44,351 bases of DNA from Bacillales bacterium UBA1361 (lineage in GTDB: Bacteria; Bacillota_I; Bacilli_A; RFN20; CAG-826): NCBI GenBank assembly GCA_002306335.1, contig DBRT01000015.1:9713-54063 (forward strand), in the 5' to 3' direction. Made by a program: the position numbers and the translations under genes. Every line of letters starts with the position of its first letter. Position 1 is the stretch's first letter. The notes beneath the pieces are model-generated. The model was given only the letters and a program-made list of their open reading frames with translations, had not been told where the DNA came from and ran no database searches. Shown here in pieces: positions 1-9,996 of the stretch.

Positions 1-633
1 GAAGCTAAAGCGGAAGTTGCTAAAGAAAAACCAGCCAAAAAGGTTGAAAAAGAACATAAAGTTGAACGTTATGTCCATGAAGTGAAAAAGAGCACAAATC
101 GTGTTGTCCGTCAATATGAAGATGTAGCGATTAAAGCTTTAATGGAAAAGTTTAACTACACAAGCGTGATGCAAGTCCCAAAATTAAGCAAGATTGTCAT
201 TAATATGGGGGTTGGGGATGCAACACAAAACGCTAAATTATTAGAAGACGCAGTGCGGGAATTAACCGTCATTGCCGGTCAAAAACCAGTGGTGACAATT
301 GCGAAGAAAAGTGAAGCAAGCTTCAAACTTCGTGCTGGAACCGCAATTGGTTGTAAAGTTGATTTACGCGGCGAAAGAATGTATGACTTCTTCGAGAAGT
401 TAATTAGTATCGCGCTCCCACGTGTGCGTGACTTCCGCGGTGTCAGTAAAGATAGCTTCGACGGTCACGGGAACTATACACTCGGAGTCCGCGAACAACT
501 AATCTTCGCTGAAATTGACTTTGACTTAGTAAATAAAGTCCGCGGGATGGACATCGTTATTGTCACAACCGCTAAAACGGATGCCGAAGCATATGAATTG
601 CTTAAACTACTCGGTATGCCGTTTAGACGCTAG
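1..633 (+). CDS. rplE: 50S ribosomal protein L5 (5'-truncated by window edge; N-terminal extension)
   Basis: [28 protein letters not shown] and GNYTLG motifs. Frame is open from base 1 and no SD precedes the GTG at 82. Confidence 0.97.
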   Translation, partial: EAKAEVAKEKPAKKVEKEHKVERYVHEVKKSTNRVVRQYEDVAIKALMEKFNYTSVMQVPKLSKIVINMGVGDATQNAKLLEDAVRELTVIAGQKPVVTIAKKSEASFKLRAGTAIGCKVDLRGERMYDFFEKLISIALPRVRDFRGVSKDSFDGHGNYTLGVREQLIFAEIDFDLVNKVRGMDIVIVTTAKTDAEAYELLKLLGMPFRR

Positions 634-647
634 AGGAGGGAGAGATT

Positions 648-833
648 ATGGCAAAAACAAGTAAAAGAGTAGCGCAATTACGCAAACCTAAATTCAAAGT
701 ACGCGCCTATAGTCGTTGTTCACGTTGTGGCAGACCTCATAGCGTTTATCGCAAATTCGGTGTGTGCCGTATTTGTTTACGTGAACTCGCTTATAATGGC
801 GAAATTCCTGGCATGAAGAAGGCCAGCTGGTAA
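648..833 (+). CDS. rpsN: 30S ribosomal protein S14, zinc-binding type Z (61 aa)
   Basis: RCSRCGRP...CRICLRE...KKASW; SD GGAGG upstream. Confidence 0.98.
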   Translation: MAKTSKRVAQLRKPKFKVRAYSRCSRCGRPHSVYRKFGVCRICLRELAYNGEIPGMKKASW

Positions 834-848
834 GGAGGAGCAACTAGT

Positions 849-1244
849 ATGAGTATGACAGATCCAATTGCAGATATGCTAACCCGCATTAGGAACGCTA
901 ATGCTTTAAGTCACGAAGCAGTTGCGATGCCGAGCAGCAAAAACAAAGTTAATATTGCCCGTATCTTAAAAGAAGAAGGTTATATTACTGATTACTTCGT
1001 TAGTGGCGACGTTAAAAAAGTTTTAACCTTAGTGCTTAAATACGGACCAAATGGTGAAAAAGTAATTTCTGGTTTAAAACGTATTTCTAAGCCAGGCTTA
1101 AGAGTCACCACTACCAGCGATAAATTACCACGCGTTTTACGCGGTTTAGGTATCGCTATTATTTCCACATCACAAGGAATCATGACTGACAAGAAAGCGC
1201 GCGCCTTAGGCGTCGGTGGCGAAGTAGTCGCCTATGTGTGGTAG
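849..1244 (+). CDS. rpsH: 30S ribosomal protein S8
   Basis: [28 protein letters not shown]. Confidence 0.98.
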   Translation: MSMTDPIADMLTRIRNANALSHEAVAMPSSKNKVNIARILKEEGYITDYFVSGDVKKVLTLVLKYGPNGEKVISGLKRISKPGLRVTTTSDKLPRVLRGLGIAIISTSQGIMTDKKARALGVGGEVVAYVW

Positions 1245-1254
1245 GAGGTAAGTT

Positions 1255-1803
1255 ATGTCAAGAATTGGTTTAAAAGTAATTAAAGTGCCAGCAGGCGTAG
1301 AAGTGAAACTTGAAGGTGACTTAATCACCGTTAAAGGACCAAAAGGGACAAATCACGTTACCTTACCACTCCATATCACCCTTGATCAAAGTCATGAAGG
1401 TGAAATTCATGTTAAACGCGACAATGAATTAAAACAAACAAAACAAAGTCATGGTACAACCCGTGCTTTACTCCACAATGCAATTGTTGGAGCGCATGAA
1501 GGTTTTACTATTCGCTTACAAATCGTCGGTATCGGTTACCGCGCTATTCAAGAAGGCGAAAGTGTCCGCTTAGAAGTCGGTTACAGCCATCCAACTGTAA
1601 TTGCTCCATGTGTTGGTGCTAAAATTACAGTGGAAAACCCAAACAACGTTGTTGTGACGGGTTATGACAAACAAGCTGTTGGTCAAACCGCAGCGCTCAT
1701 TCGCGGTGTCCGTCGTCCAGAACCTTATAAAGGTAAAGGAATTAAATATAGCGACGAAGTTATTATTCGTAAGGAAGGAAAGCGCGCAGGCGCCAAGAAA
1801 TAG
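1255..1803 (+). CDS. rplF: 50S ribosomal protein L6
   Basis: MSRIG, VKGPKG, PEPYKGKGI. Confidence 0.98.
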   Translation: MSRIGLKVIKVPAGVEVKLEGDLITVKGPKGTNHVTLPLHITLDQSHEGEIHVKRDNELKQTKQSHGTTRALLHNAIVGAHEGFTIRLQIVGIGYRAIQEGESVRLEVGYSHPTVIAPCVGAKITVENPNNVVVTGYDKQAVGQTAALIRGVRRPEPYKGKGIKYSDEVIIRKEGKRAGAKK

Positions 1804-1813
1804 GTGAAAAGTT

Positions 1814-2170
1814 ATGGTTAAACAAATTAAACGTAATGAAATTAGAAAACGGCGTCATGCCCGTATTCGCCGCAAAATTAGCGGTACACACGAAGTTCCG
1901 CGCCTTGTCGTCTTCCGTTCCAACAAACACATTGCTGTGCAATTAATTGATGACACTAAAGGTGTTACCTTAGGTAGCGCTAGTTCATTAGCGATGAAAT
2001 TAGTGCATGGCGACAATGTTGAATCAGCGGCAAAAGTCGGTACTGAAATTGCTAATGTTGCGAAAAACTTAGGCATTACTAAGGTTGTGTTCGATCGCGG
2101 AGGGTATTTATACCATGGTCGAATCAAAGCCTTAGCCGATGCTGCCCGTAAGGCCGGGTTAGAATTCTAG
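1814..2170 (+). CDS. rplR: 50S ribosomal protein L18
   Basis: [34 protein letters not shown]. Confidence 0.98.
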   Translation: MVKQIKRNEIRKRRHARIRRKISGTHEVPRLVVFRSNKHIAVQLIDDTKGVTLGSASSLAMKLVHGDNVESAAKVGTEIANVAKNLGITKVVFDRGGYLYHGRIKALADAARKAGLEF

Positions 2171-2183
2171 AAGGAGTAAAGTT

Positions 2184-2828
2184 ATGGATAAAGAAAAGAA
2201 AAACTTAGTAGAAGATACTGAAGAAGTTGAAACTGAAGAAGTAGAAACTGAAGAAAAAGATACCGAACAAACTCCGCAAGGTGATGCCCCGCGCCGTAGT
2301 AATAGAGGTGGCCGTCGTGAAGGTGGTCCGCATCGTGGTGGCCGTCGTGCCCCAGCGCGTCGCCCAAAAGAATTTGAAGAACGCGTCGTCGCGATTAACC
2401 GCGTTAGTAAAACAACAAAAGGTGGCCGTCGCTTACGCTTTACTGCCTTAGTCGTTATTGGCTATGGTAAAGGGAAGTATGGCTACGGAAACGCTAAAGC
2501 AGCAGAAGTACCTGATGCGATTCGTAAAGCAATTGAAGTTGCAAAGAAAAACACCTTCACAGTTGAACTTGTTAAGGGTGACACAATTGCTCACGAAATC
2601 GTTGGTCGCTTCGGTGCAACCCGCGTATTCTTAAAACCAGCACCAGAAGGTACTGGAGTTATCGCCGGTGGTTCAGTGCGGGCCATCTTAGAACTTGCAG
2701 GTATTCGCAACGTCTATTCAAAAGTTTATGGTTCGCGTACCGCCCTTAATGTGCTTAAAGCAACAGATAACGGATTACGCGGTTTAAAACGAGCTTCGGA
2801 TATTAAACGTCTCCGGGGAACATTGTAG
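2184..2828 (+). CDS. rpsE: 30S ribosomal protein S5 with acidic/RGG N-terminal extension
   Basis: [30 protein letters not shown]; SD AAGGAG before 2184. Confidence 0.97.
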   Translation: MDKEKKNLVEDTEEVETEEVETEEKDTEQTPQGDAPRRSNRGGRREGGPHRGGRRAPARRPKEFEERVVAINRVSKTTKGGRRLRFTALVVIGYGKGKYGYGNAKAAEVPDAIRKAIEVAKKNTFTVELVKGDTIAHEIVGRFGATRVFLKPAPEGTGVIAGGSVRAILELAGIRNVYSKVYGSRTALNVLKATDNGLRGLKRASDIKRLRGTL

Positions 2829-2838
2829 GAGGTAGAGT

Positions 2839-3279
2839 ATGAAATTACACGAACTTACTTATACAGAAGGAGCAAAAAGAGCTCGTAAACGTCTAGGCCG
2901 GGGGATTGGCTCTGGCACAGGTAAAACAAGTGGAAAAGGTGAAAAAGGTCAAAAGTCACGCTCAAGCGGTGGCACGCGTCTCGGCTTTGAAGGTGGACAA
3001 ATGCCTTTATATCGCCGTATTCCCAAACGTGGCTTTACAAACATGAATACACGAAAGTTTGCCGTCGTTAATTTAGAAGAATTAAATGTCTTTGAAGACG
3101 GAACTGTTGTGACCCCAACACTCTTAATTGAAAAAGGGATCATTAAACAAGAACTCGGTGGCGTTAAAGTCTTAGCGCGCGGAGAATTAACAAAGAAATT
3201 AACAGTTAAAGCCCACAGATTTTCCAAACAAGCTAGTGACGCCATTGCTAAACTAGGTGGAACCGCAGAGGTAATTTAA
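2839..3279 (+). CDS. rplO: 50S ribosomal protein L15
   Basis: [33 protein letters not shown]. Confidence 0.98.
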   Translation: MKLHELTYTEGAKRARKRLGRGIGSGTGKTSGKGEKGQKSRSSGGTRLGFEGGQMPLYRRIPKRGFTNMNTRKFAVVNLEELNVFEDGTVVTPTLLIEKGIIKQELGGVKVLARGELTKKLTVKAHRFSKQASDAIAKLGGTAEVI

Positions 3280-3280
3280 T

Positions 3281-4627
3281 ATGAAAAAGATCGCCGCGAT
3301 TTTCAAGAATAAAGAAATTGTCGATCGTATCTTCTTTACGATCATGATTATGTTTGTCTTCCGAATTGGCGCCGCGATTACGGTTCCAGGCGTCACGCTT
3401 AGCGACTTTTCATTCCAAAATAACGATGCCTTTGGGCTTATGAATCTCCTTGGTGGGGGCACACTGCAACAATTTAGTGTGTTCGCACTTGGGGTTAGTC
3501 CTTATATTACCGCATCAATTATCGTCCAACTCTTATCAATGGACGTCCTTCCTGCGCTTACTGACCTTGCTAATCAAGGGGATTATGGGCGGAAGAAAAT
3601 GGAAATGACAAATCGTTACTTAACGCTGATGCTCGGCGCAGTGCAAGCTTATGGCGTTATTGTTACGATGGAAAATCAAAGTTATATTACGCTGAAAGAA
3701 TCAAACTTTTGGACATATGCTTACATTATTACCGTCATGCTTGCGGGCACGATGCTTGTAATGTGGCTTGGTGACCAAATTAGTAGTAAAGGGATTGGTA
3801 ATGGTATCTCGATGATTATCTTCGCAGGTATCGTTAGCAGCCTTCCCCAACAAATTATTCGTGCCTACCAAAATTGGCTTAGTGATAAAGTTGGACAAGG
3901 CAGTCAACAATTATTTATCGGTCTCCTCCAATTTGGAGTTTATGTACTTAGTTTCCTCGCCATTATTGGTTTTATTACCTTTATTGAAACGAGTAAACGT
4001 AAAATTCCCGTGCAACACGCGGGTAAAAGCGGGCAAACCCGCAAGATGGCGCAAGCAAGTTTCTTACCAATTAAGATTAATAGTGCCGGGGTTATCCCTG
4101 TCATCTTTGCTTCAAGTATTATGATGGCGCCGTCAATCATTGCTTCTTTTATCAGCGGCTCAAATTTAGACGCCGAATGGTTAAAAATCTTTAACTCAAG
4201 CGCGACAGTAACAATGCCGTGGTTTAATGATAAGACTTGGCAAATGCCGTGGGGATTACTCATTTACTTATTCCTTATTGTTGTGTTTGCCTTCTTCTAC
4301 GCTAAACTACAAATTAATCCGGAAAAGCTCGCGGAAAACTTCCAAAAGAATGGTAGTTATATTCCTGGTGTTCGTCCGGGTGCTGAAACGGAACGCTATG
4401 TGTCTAAAGTACTTAACCGTATTACCGTCATTGGTGCCTTCAGTTTAGCGGTTATTGCGGCCCTACCAATTATCTTAGTCTTACTTAAAGTCGTTCCTGA
4501 CCAAAGCTTAGCCTTAGGGGGAACAGGACTAATCATTGTCGTTGGGGTGGCAATTGAAATTAATAACCAAATTGATGGGCTTCTCGCTGGTAAGTCTTAC
4601 GAGGAAGGAAGCGTATTAGGAGGTTAG
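3281..4627 (+). CDS. secY: Preprotein translocase subunit SecY
   Basis: ALGVSPYITASIIVQLL, GIGNGISMIIFAGI, IPGVRPG; many hydrophobic segments; synteny. Confidence 0.98.
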   Translation: MKKIAAIFKNKEIVDRIFFTIMIMFVFRIGAAITVPGVTLSDFSFQNNDAFGLMNLLGGGTLQQFSVFALGVSPYITASIIVQLLSMDVLPALTDLANQGDYGRKKMEMTNRYLTLMLGAVQAYGVIVTMENQSYITLKESNFWTYAYIITVMLAGTMLVMWLGDQISSKGIGNGISMIIFAGIVSSLPQQIIRAYQNWLSDKVGQGSQQLFIGLLQFGVYVLSFLAIIGFITFIETSKRKIPVQHAGKSGQTRKMAQASFLPIKINSAGVIPVIFASSIMMAPSIIASFISGSNLDAEWLKIFNSSATVTMPWFNDKTWQMPWGLLIYLFLIVVFAFFYAKLQINPEKLAENFQKNGSYIPGVRPGAETERYVSKVLNRITVIGAFSLAVIAALPIILVLLKVVPDQSLALGGTGLIIVVGVAIEINNQIDGLLAGKSYEEGSVLGG

Positions 4628-4631
4628 GCGT

Positions 4632-5291
4632 ATGTGTAATATTATCTTATTAGGACCCCCAGGGGCTGGTAAAGGAACACTTGCCAAACAACTAATTAGT
4701 GTCTATAACATTCCGCATATCTCTACAGGTGACATGTTCCGTGAAGCAATTAAAGAGGGCACTCCACTTGGCAGACTTGCGGCAAGTTATATAAATGAAG
4801 GGCACTTAGTGCCAGATGAAGTAACAATTAGTCTCGTAAGAGAACGCTTATCGCAAGGAGATTGCGCAAATGGTTACTTGTTAGACGGGTTCCCACGAAC
4901 CCTCCCCCAAGCCGAAGCACTCGACACAATTGGCAAAGACTTAGGTCGGCCAATTAATGTAGTAATTAATATTACTGCTGATGAAACCGAATTAGTGCGG
5001 CGCATCAGTGGGCGCAGAGTATGTCGTAAATGCGGCGCTCCATACCACATTGATACGATGAAGCCGAAAAAAGACGGTGTGTGTGATGCTTGTGGTGGTG
5101 AATTATATCAACGCAAAGATGATAATAAAGACAATCTCTTAGTGCGCTTAAATCACTATTTTGCTGATACAAAGCCACTTGAAGACTTCTATGCAGAGCA
5201 TGGTGTCCTCTACGCTGTTGATAGTACTGCTGGGGCGAAAAAATCACTAAAAGCTGCACAAAAAATTATTGAAGGAGCTAAATGTGATTAG
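4632..5291 (+). CDS. adk: Adenylate kinase (long, 4-Cys zinc LID)
   Basis: GPPGAGKGT, LLDGFPRT, CxxC...CxxC LID. Confidence 0.98.
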   Translation: MCNIILLGPPGAGKGTLAKQLISVYNIPHISTGDMFREAIKEGTPLGRLAASYINEGHLVPDEVTISLVRERLSQGDCANGYLLDGFPRTLPQAEALDTIGKDLGRPINVVINITADETELVRRISGRRVCRKCGAPYHIDTMKPKKDGVCDACGGELYQRKDDNKDNLLVRLNHYFADTKPLEDFYAEHGVLYAVDSTAGAKKSLKAAQKIIEGAKCD

Positions 5292-6042
5292 TCAAAAATC
5301 ACCCCGCGAAGTGCGCTTAATGAAAGAATCAGGTCGGATTATTAACTTAGTCTTTAAAGAAGTAGAGGCTAAGTTAAGACCTGGGATGTCAACTGCTGAT
5401 GTTGATAAACTAGCGCTTGAAGTCATTACTCGGGAAGGTGGCACCCCAACCTTCAAGGGTTATGGCGGATTTAGTGGCAATATCTGTGTTTCGGTTAATG
5501 ATACACTAATCCACGGAATCCCAAGCCACCGCGAAATTATTAAAGACGGCGACATTGTGAGTGTTGACGTCGGGGTGACAAAAGACGGGTATGTTGCGGA
5601 TGCAGCACGGACATTCTTAGTCGGAAATGTTAGCGAAAACGCAAAAAGACTCGTCGAAGTTACCGAAGAGAGCTTCTGGTATGCAGTCGACAACTTTGCA
5701 AAACCAGGGAACTACATCGGAGATATCAGTCACGCAATTTATGAATATGCGTCAAGTCGTGGGTATACACTTACGCGAGATTACACGGGTCACGGTGTGG
5801 GGCGTAAATTACATGAAGCACCCGCTGTACCAAACGTTGGAACGCCAAAGACTGGTCCCCGCTTAAAAGTGGGTATGACCTTAGCGATTGAACCAATGTT
5901 AAACGAAGGGTTGGTCGACCTTATCGTCTTAAAAGACGGCTGGACCGTCAAAACAAAAGATGGTAAATTAGCGAGCCATTATGAAAACACCATCGTTATT
6001 ACCGAAGATGGCTACGAAGTATTAACTATGGAGGAGAAGTAA
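5284..6042 (+). CDS. map: Methionine aminopeptidase type I
   Basis: HGIP, DAART, GHGVG, AIEPM, HYENT. Start moved to GTG 5284, which follows SD AAGGAG at 5272-5277. Confidence 0.96.
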   Translation: MISQKSPREVRLMKESGRIINLVFKEVEAKLRPGMSTADVDKLALEVITREGGTPTFKGYGGFSGNICVSVNDTLIHGIPSHREIIKDGDIVSVDVGVTKDGYVADAARTFLVGNVSENAKRLVEVTEESFWYAVDNFAKPGNYIGDISHAIYEYASSRGYTLTRDYTGHGVGRKLHEAPAVPNVGTPKTGPRLKVGMTLAIEPMLNEGLVDLIVLKDGWTVKTKDGKLASHYENTIVITEDGYEVLTMEEK

Positions 6043-6260
6043 TGAGTAAATCGAACGTAATTACCGTCGAGGCGAAAGTCATTGAATGTTTACCGGGAGT
6101 TAATTTCCGCGTTCAATTAGACAACGGACACATTATTTTGGCCCACGTTTCTGGTAAAATCAGAAGGTATAACATTCGCATTCTACCAGGTGATCGTGTC
6201 GCAGTTGAAATTTCGCCCTATGATTTAACACGGGGCCGCATTACATATCGGTATCGATAA
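6042..6260 (+). CDS. infA: Translation initiation factor IF-1
   Basis: HVSGKIR...[22 protein letters not shown]; TAATG overlap with map. Confidence 0.98.
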   Translation: MSKSNVITVEAKVIECLPGVNFRVQLDNGHIILAHVSGKIRRYNIRILPGDRVAVEISPYDLTRGRITYRYR

Positions 6261-6282
6261 AAGAAATTGGAGGAAATTCATT

Positions 6283-6396
6283 ATGAAAGTAAGAGCCTCA
6301 GTCAAACCAATTTGCGATAAATGCCGGGTTATTCGCCGCAAAGGCAATGTGATGGTCATTTGCGAAAACCCTAAGCATAAGCAAAGACAAGGATAG
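6283..6396 (+). CDS. rpmJ: 50S ribosomal protein L36 (not in ORF track, 37 aa)
   Basis: Manual translation [37 protein letters not shown]; SD GGAGG. Confidence 0.98.
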   Translation: MKVRASVKPICDKCRVIRRKGNVMVICENPKHKQRQG

Positions 6397-6407
6397 GAGG
6401 AAAGAAT

Positions 6408-6785
6408 ATGGCACGGATTGTTGGTGTAGATATTCCAAACGATAAGCGGGTCGTAGTGAGCTTACAATACATTTATGGTATTGGCTTAACAACCGCTAAA
6501 AAAATATTAGCCGCTGTTAAAATTGATGAAAATGTTCGTGTTAAAGATTTAACCGAAGAAGAACTTGGTGCAATTCGTCAAGAAATTACGAAGTACCGCG
6601 TCGAAGGTGACGCCAGACGGCAAGTAGCATTAAATATTAAACGATTAACAGAAATCGGTTCATACCGCGGGATTCGTCATCGTCGCGGATTACCAGTTCG
6701 TGGTCAACGCACAAAAACAAATGCAAGAACACGTAAAGGACCGAAGAAAACGATTGCTAATAAAAAGCAAGCGTCACAAGGTTAA
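6408..6785 (+). CDS. rpsM: 30S ribosomal protein S13
   Basis: [36 protein letters not shown]. Confidence 0.98.
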   Translation: MARIVGVDIPNDKRVVVSLQYIYGIGLTTAKKILAAVKIDENVRVKDLTEEELGAIRQEITKYRVEGDARRQVALNIKRLTEIGSYRGIRHRRGLPVRGQRTKTNARTRKGPKKTIANKKQASQG

Positions 6786-6805
6786 GGAAGGAGTGAAAGT
6801 TAGTT

Positions 6806-7204
6806 ATGTCAAAAAAAGCACGCAGAAGTACGACAAGAAGACGCAGAATACGTCGTTCTTATACCGCTTGTATCGCGCATATTCACTCAACCTTTAATAA
6901 CACTATCGTTACGATTACTGATGAAGACGGCAACGCCATCAGCTGGAGTAGCGCTGGTGCATTAGGTTTCAAAGGTAGTAAAAAAAGCACTGCATGGGCC
7001 GCGCAATTAGCCGGTGAAGCTGCAGCGAAAGTCGCAGTGGAACAAGGACTTAAAACGGTCGATGTTAGAGTTAAAGGTCCAGGACAAGGCCGAGAAGCCG
7101 CTATTCGCGCACTCGCTTTAGCGGGACTTACGATTACCGGAATTGAAGATACAACCCCAATTCCACATAACGGGTGTCGGCCCCCGAAACGGCCACGCGG
7201 ATAA
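6806..7204 (+). CDS. rpsK: 30S ribosomal protein S11
   Basis: [36 protein letters not shown]. Confidence 0.98.
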   Translation: MSKKARRSTTRRRRIRRSYTACIAHIHSTFNNTIVTITDEDGNAISWSSAGALGFKGSKKSTAWAAQLAGEAAAKVAVEQGLKTVDVRVKGPGQGREAAIRALALAGLTITGIEDTTPIPHNGCRPPKRPRG

Positions 7205-7213
7205 GGAGGCAAC

Positions 7214-8191
7214 ATGAGTAATATTATCATCCCATTCAATCCCACCGTTTTTAAGGAAAAAAATTATTACGCAACAGATAACTATGGCAAGTTTGTGCTT
7301 GAACCACTCGAAAGAGGCTTTGGACAAACGCTCGGTAATTCATTCCGTCGTTTACTCTTAAGTGCCCTTCCTGGTGCAAGTGTCTTCGCTATTACGATTG
7401 ACGGCGCACGTCATGAATTTGCAACACTTCCTGGTGTTGTCGAAGACGTGACGATGATTACACTTAACCTTAAACAACTCATTCTCAAGATTGAAGATAA
7501 AGATACGACAATTAAACGTTTGGAAGTTGATGTTGTAGGGCCAGCAGTGGTCACTGGAGCGGATATTACTCTTCCTTACGGTGTCGAAGTTATTAGTAAA
7601 GATTTAGTGATCGCTAATGTCGCTGAAGGTGGTCACTTAAAAATGACAATCTTTGCTCGCAACGGCAGAGGTTATGTCACTAGCGAAAGTAATAAAGCCG
7701 AACGGCAAAAAGTTGGTGGTGCAATTGGTGTCATCGCCACTGATTCAAATTATTCACCAGTGACAAAAGTTAATTACACCGTGTCAAACACTCGTGTCGG
7801 ACACGATGAAAATTATGACCGCTTAACGCTTGAAGTGTGGACTAATGGTAGTATTACCCCACAAGCTGCGGTCGCCCTCAGTGCCAAAATCTTAATTGAG
7901 CACTATAAACCTTTCCTTGATTTAGAAGAAGCAACTGTTGACGTTGAAGTCTTCGCTGAACAAGAAGCACAAGCGCCAGCACAAATGGAAGATAAGAAGA
8001 TTGAAGAACTCGACATCAGTGTCCGTTCTTACAACTGCTTGAAGCGCGCTGGAATTCAAACAGTACTTGAACTTGCAAGTAAAACCGAAGAAGAAATTCT
8101 TAAAGTTCGTGCTTTAGGTAAAAAATCATTTAAGGAAATTAAAGACAAACTTAAAGAACTCGGCCTTAACTTCCGAGGCAGTGTAGAATAG
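7214..8191 (+). CDS. rpoA: RNA polymerase alpha subunit
   Basis: EPLERGFGQTLGNSFRR, SVRSYNCLKRAGI. Confidence 0.98.
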   Translation: MSNIIIPFNPTVFKEKNYYATDNYGKFVLEPLERGFGQTLGNSFRRLLLSALPGASVFAITIDGARHEFATLPGVVEDVTMITLNLKQLILKIEDKDTTIKRLEVDVVGPAVVTGADITLPYGVEVISKDLVIANVAEGGHLKMTIFARNGRGYVTSESNKAERQKVGGAIGVIATDSNYSPVTKVNYTVSNTRVGHDENYDRLTLEVWTNGSITPQAAVALSAKILIEHYKPFLDLEEATVDVEVFAEQEAQAPAQMEDKKIEELDISVRSYNCLKRAGIQTVLELASKTEEEILKVRALGKKSFKEIKDKLKELGLNFRGSVE

Positions 8192-8200
8192 AGGTACAAT

Positions 8201-8602
8201 ATGCCAGCACAAGGTAGAAAAAATGTCCGGGGTAAAGCCGGAGTCCGCTTTAAAGCGGCGTATACAAAAAGTAAAGACAAAGCGATGATTCGTAATGTTA
8301 CGAGTGAACTTATAGTTTACGGTAAAGTAACTTTAATCGCTAAGGTCGGGAAACAAGTTCAACGCGAAGTTGAACGCTTAATCACACTTGCTAAACGTGG
8401 TGACTTACATGCACGCAGACTTGCCGCCGCGCGGTTACGTGAAGGAATTAAAAGAGCAGACGGTGTCAAAGCACTTGATGTACTCTTTAATGAACTTGGA
8501 CCACGCTTTAAAGATCGTGAAGGCGGTTATACCCGCATTCTTAAGTTAGGCCCACGTCGTGGTGACAATGCCCCGATGGTCATCTTAGAATTCGTCGAAT
8601 AA
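8201..8602 (+). CDS. rplQ: 50S ribosomal protein L17 (divergent N-terminus)
   Basis: ERLITLAKRGDLHARR, GGYTRILKLGPRRGDNAPM; follows rpoA. Confidence 0.95.
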   Translation: MPAQGRKNVRGKAGVRFKAAYTKSKDKAMIRNVTSELIVYGKVTLIAKVGKQVQREVERLITLAKRGDLHARRLAAARLREGIKRADGVKALDVLFNELGPRFKDREGGYTRILKLGPRRGDNAPMVILEFVE

Positions 8603-8625
8603 GACGCGTCTTATTAAAATTCATT

Positions 8626-8654
8626 AAGCCTAGCCATTAAGGTTAGGCTTTTTT
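8626..8654 (+). terminator. Intrinsic terminator of the alpha operon
   Basis: aagcctagcc-attaa-ggttaggctt followed by a T run. Confidence 0.85.
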
Positions 8655-8742
8655 GTTTAAAAAGGCATATCACTTAAAGTGATAATACTTTGCAAAAAGC
8701 GTGTGTTTAATATAATATTAAAGAGGAATAAAGGAGAAAAGT

Positions 8743-9285
8743 ATGCGCATATCAATAAATACAAAGGTTAGTTTTGGAGTAACAATCTTCACTAGTGTCG
8801 CACTAATTATTATTGGAGCGATGATCGTTAAATATAACACTAATTTAGCGGCAAGTCTTTTTTACTTAATTGGGATTATTATTGCCCTTGTTGGCTTTAT
8901 TAATTTCTTGAATTATATTTCCGGGCGTAAACAGAAAGTTACGGTCTCGGAATATTTACTTAGTATCTTACTAATGATTGCCGGAATTTTAGTCGCTATT
9001 TTTAGTGAAAGTATTCAAGCTTACGGCTTACTTGTCATTGGGATTTTATTTGTGATGTTAGGAATATATGATATTGTTTTATATTTCCGCTCTAAAGCGA
9101 CAATAACACTGATTGTTGGCATTTTACGGATTGTTATTGGTACGGCCTTTATTGTTTCTGGGTTTAGTGAAGTATTGCTTGCTAATGATGAATTTTCACG
9201 AAAACTGTGGCTTATTATTGGTTATGCGTCAATTGTATTAGGCGTGACTTTCCTTGTGCTTGATACATTCCAAGTTACTGAATAG
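8743..9285 (+). CDS. Integral membrane protein (about 6 TM, DUF308/HdeD-like)
   Basis: Repeated hydrophobic G-rich helices; SD AAGGAG. Family assignment tentative. Confidence 0.6.
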   Translation: MRISINTKVSFGVTIFTSVALIIIGAMIVKYNTNLAASLFYLIGIIIALVGFINFLNYISGRKQKVTVSEYLLSILLMIAGILVAIFSESIQAYGLLVIGILFVMLGIYDIVLYFRSKATITLIVGILRIVIGTAFIVSGFSEVLLANDEFSRKLWLIIGYASIVLGVTFLVLDTFQVTE

Positions 9286-9287
9286 CT

Positions 9288-9950
9288 ATGAATTATAAAC
9301 ATATTATTTTTGATTTAGATGGAACGCTTTTAGATACGATTCCTGATTTACTCTATAACTTAAACACTACTTTTAGTGAATTAGGTTTACCGGGTAAATT
9401 TAGCACCGCGGAAATGGCGACTTTTTTAGGGAGCGGTAAAGACGAACAAATAAGAAGAGCGCTCAGTGCAAGACGGCTTAGTCACGAAAAGTATTTTGCG
9501 AAAGTTAATGCCCTTTTGTCGGTGTATTACGCCAAAAACACGAATACTTATACCGAAATATTCCCCGGCATAAAAGAAACACTAGCGGAATTAAAAGCGC
9601 GCGGTGTTAAGTTATATGTTGCCACTAATAAGCCAGATCACGTCGCTAAAGATGTAGTGAGACATTATTTTGGTGATAATGTTTTTATTAAAGTACGTGG
9701 CGATAAAGGTGACGGGATTATTAAACCTAATCCAAAATTTTTAAATGCGATTATTAAAAACATTAATGACCCGCTTGAAACAATTATGTTCGTGGGCGAT
9801 AGTTATGTTGATTATATGTCAGCGAAAAATGCCGGTGTAAAATGCGCTATTGTACCGCACGGTTACGATCAAAAAGTGTTAAACATTAAAGATAAAGGTG
9901 TAATCTTTTTAAAGAAAGTAACAGACATTATTTCCTTAGACATAAATTAG
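9288..9950 (+). CDS. HAD-family hydrolase (phosphoglycolate phosphatase-like)
   Basis: FDLDGTLLDT, ATNK, KPNP, VGDSYVD motifs. Confidence 0.9.
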   Translation: MNYKHIIFDLDGTLLDTIPDLLYNLNTTFSELGLPGKFSTAEMATFLGSGKDEQIRRALSARRLSHEKYFAKVNALLSVYYAKNTNTYTEIFPGIKETLAELKARGVKLYVATNKPDHVAKDVVRHYFGDNVFIKVRGDKGDGIIKPNPKFLNAIIKNINDPLETIMFVGDSYVDYMSAKNAGVKCAIVPHGYDQKVLNIKDKGVIFLKKVTDIISLDIN

Positions 9951-9996
9951 GAACATAGAGTGCGTTAATTACCTGTGTTCGTGATAAAATATTACT

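Noticed and set aside
849-2170. Arg-codon reassignment (AGG or CGG) as reported for some uncultured Bacilli
   Set aside because: Spot checks show AGG in the conserved TRIRNA of S8 and CGG in the KRRH of L18 at Arg positions. Only a few sites were checked.
5269-5283. Longer map start overlapping adk
   Set aside because: The segment is the SD for GTG 5284.
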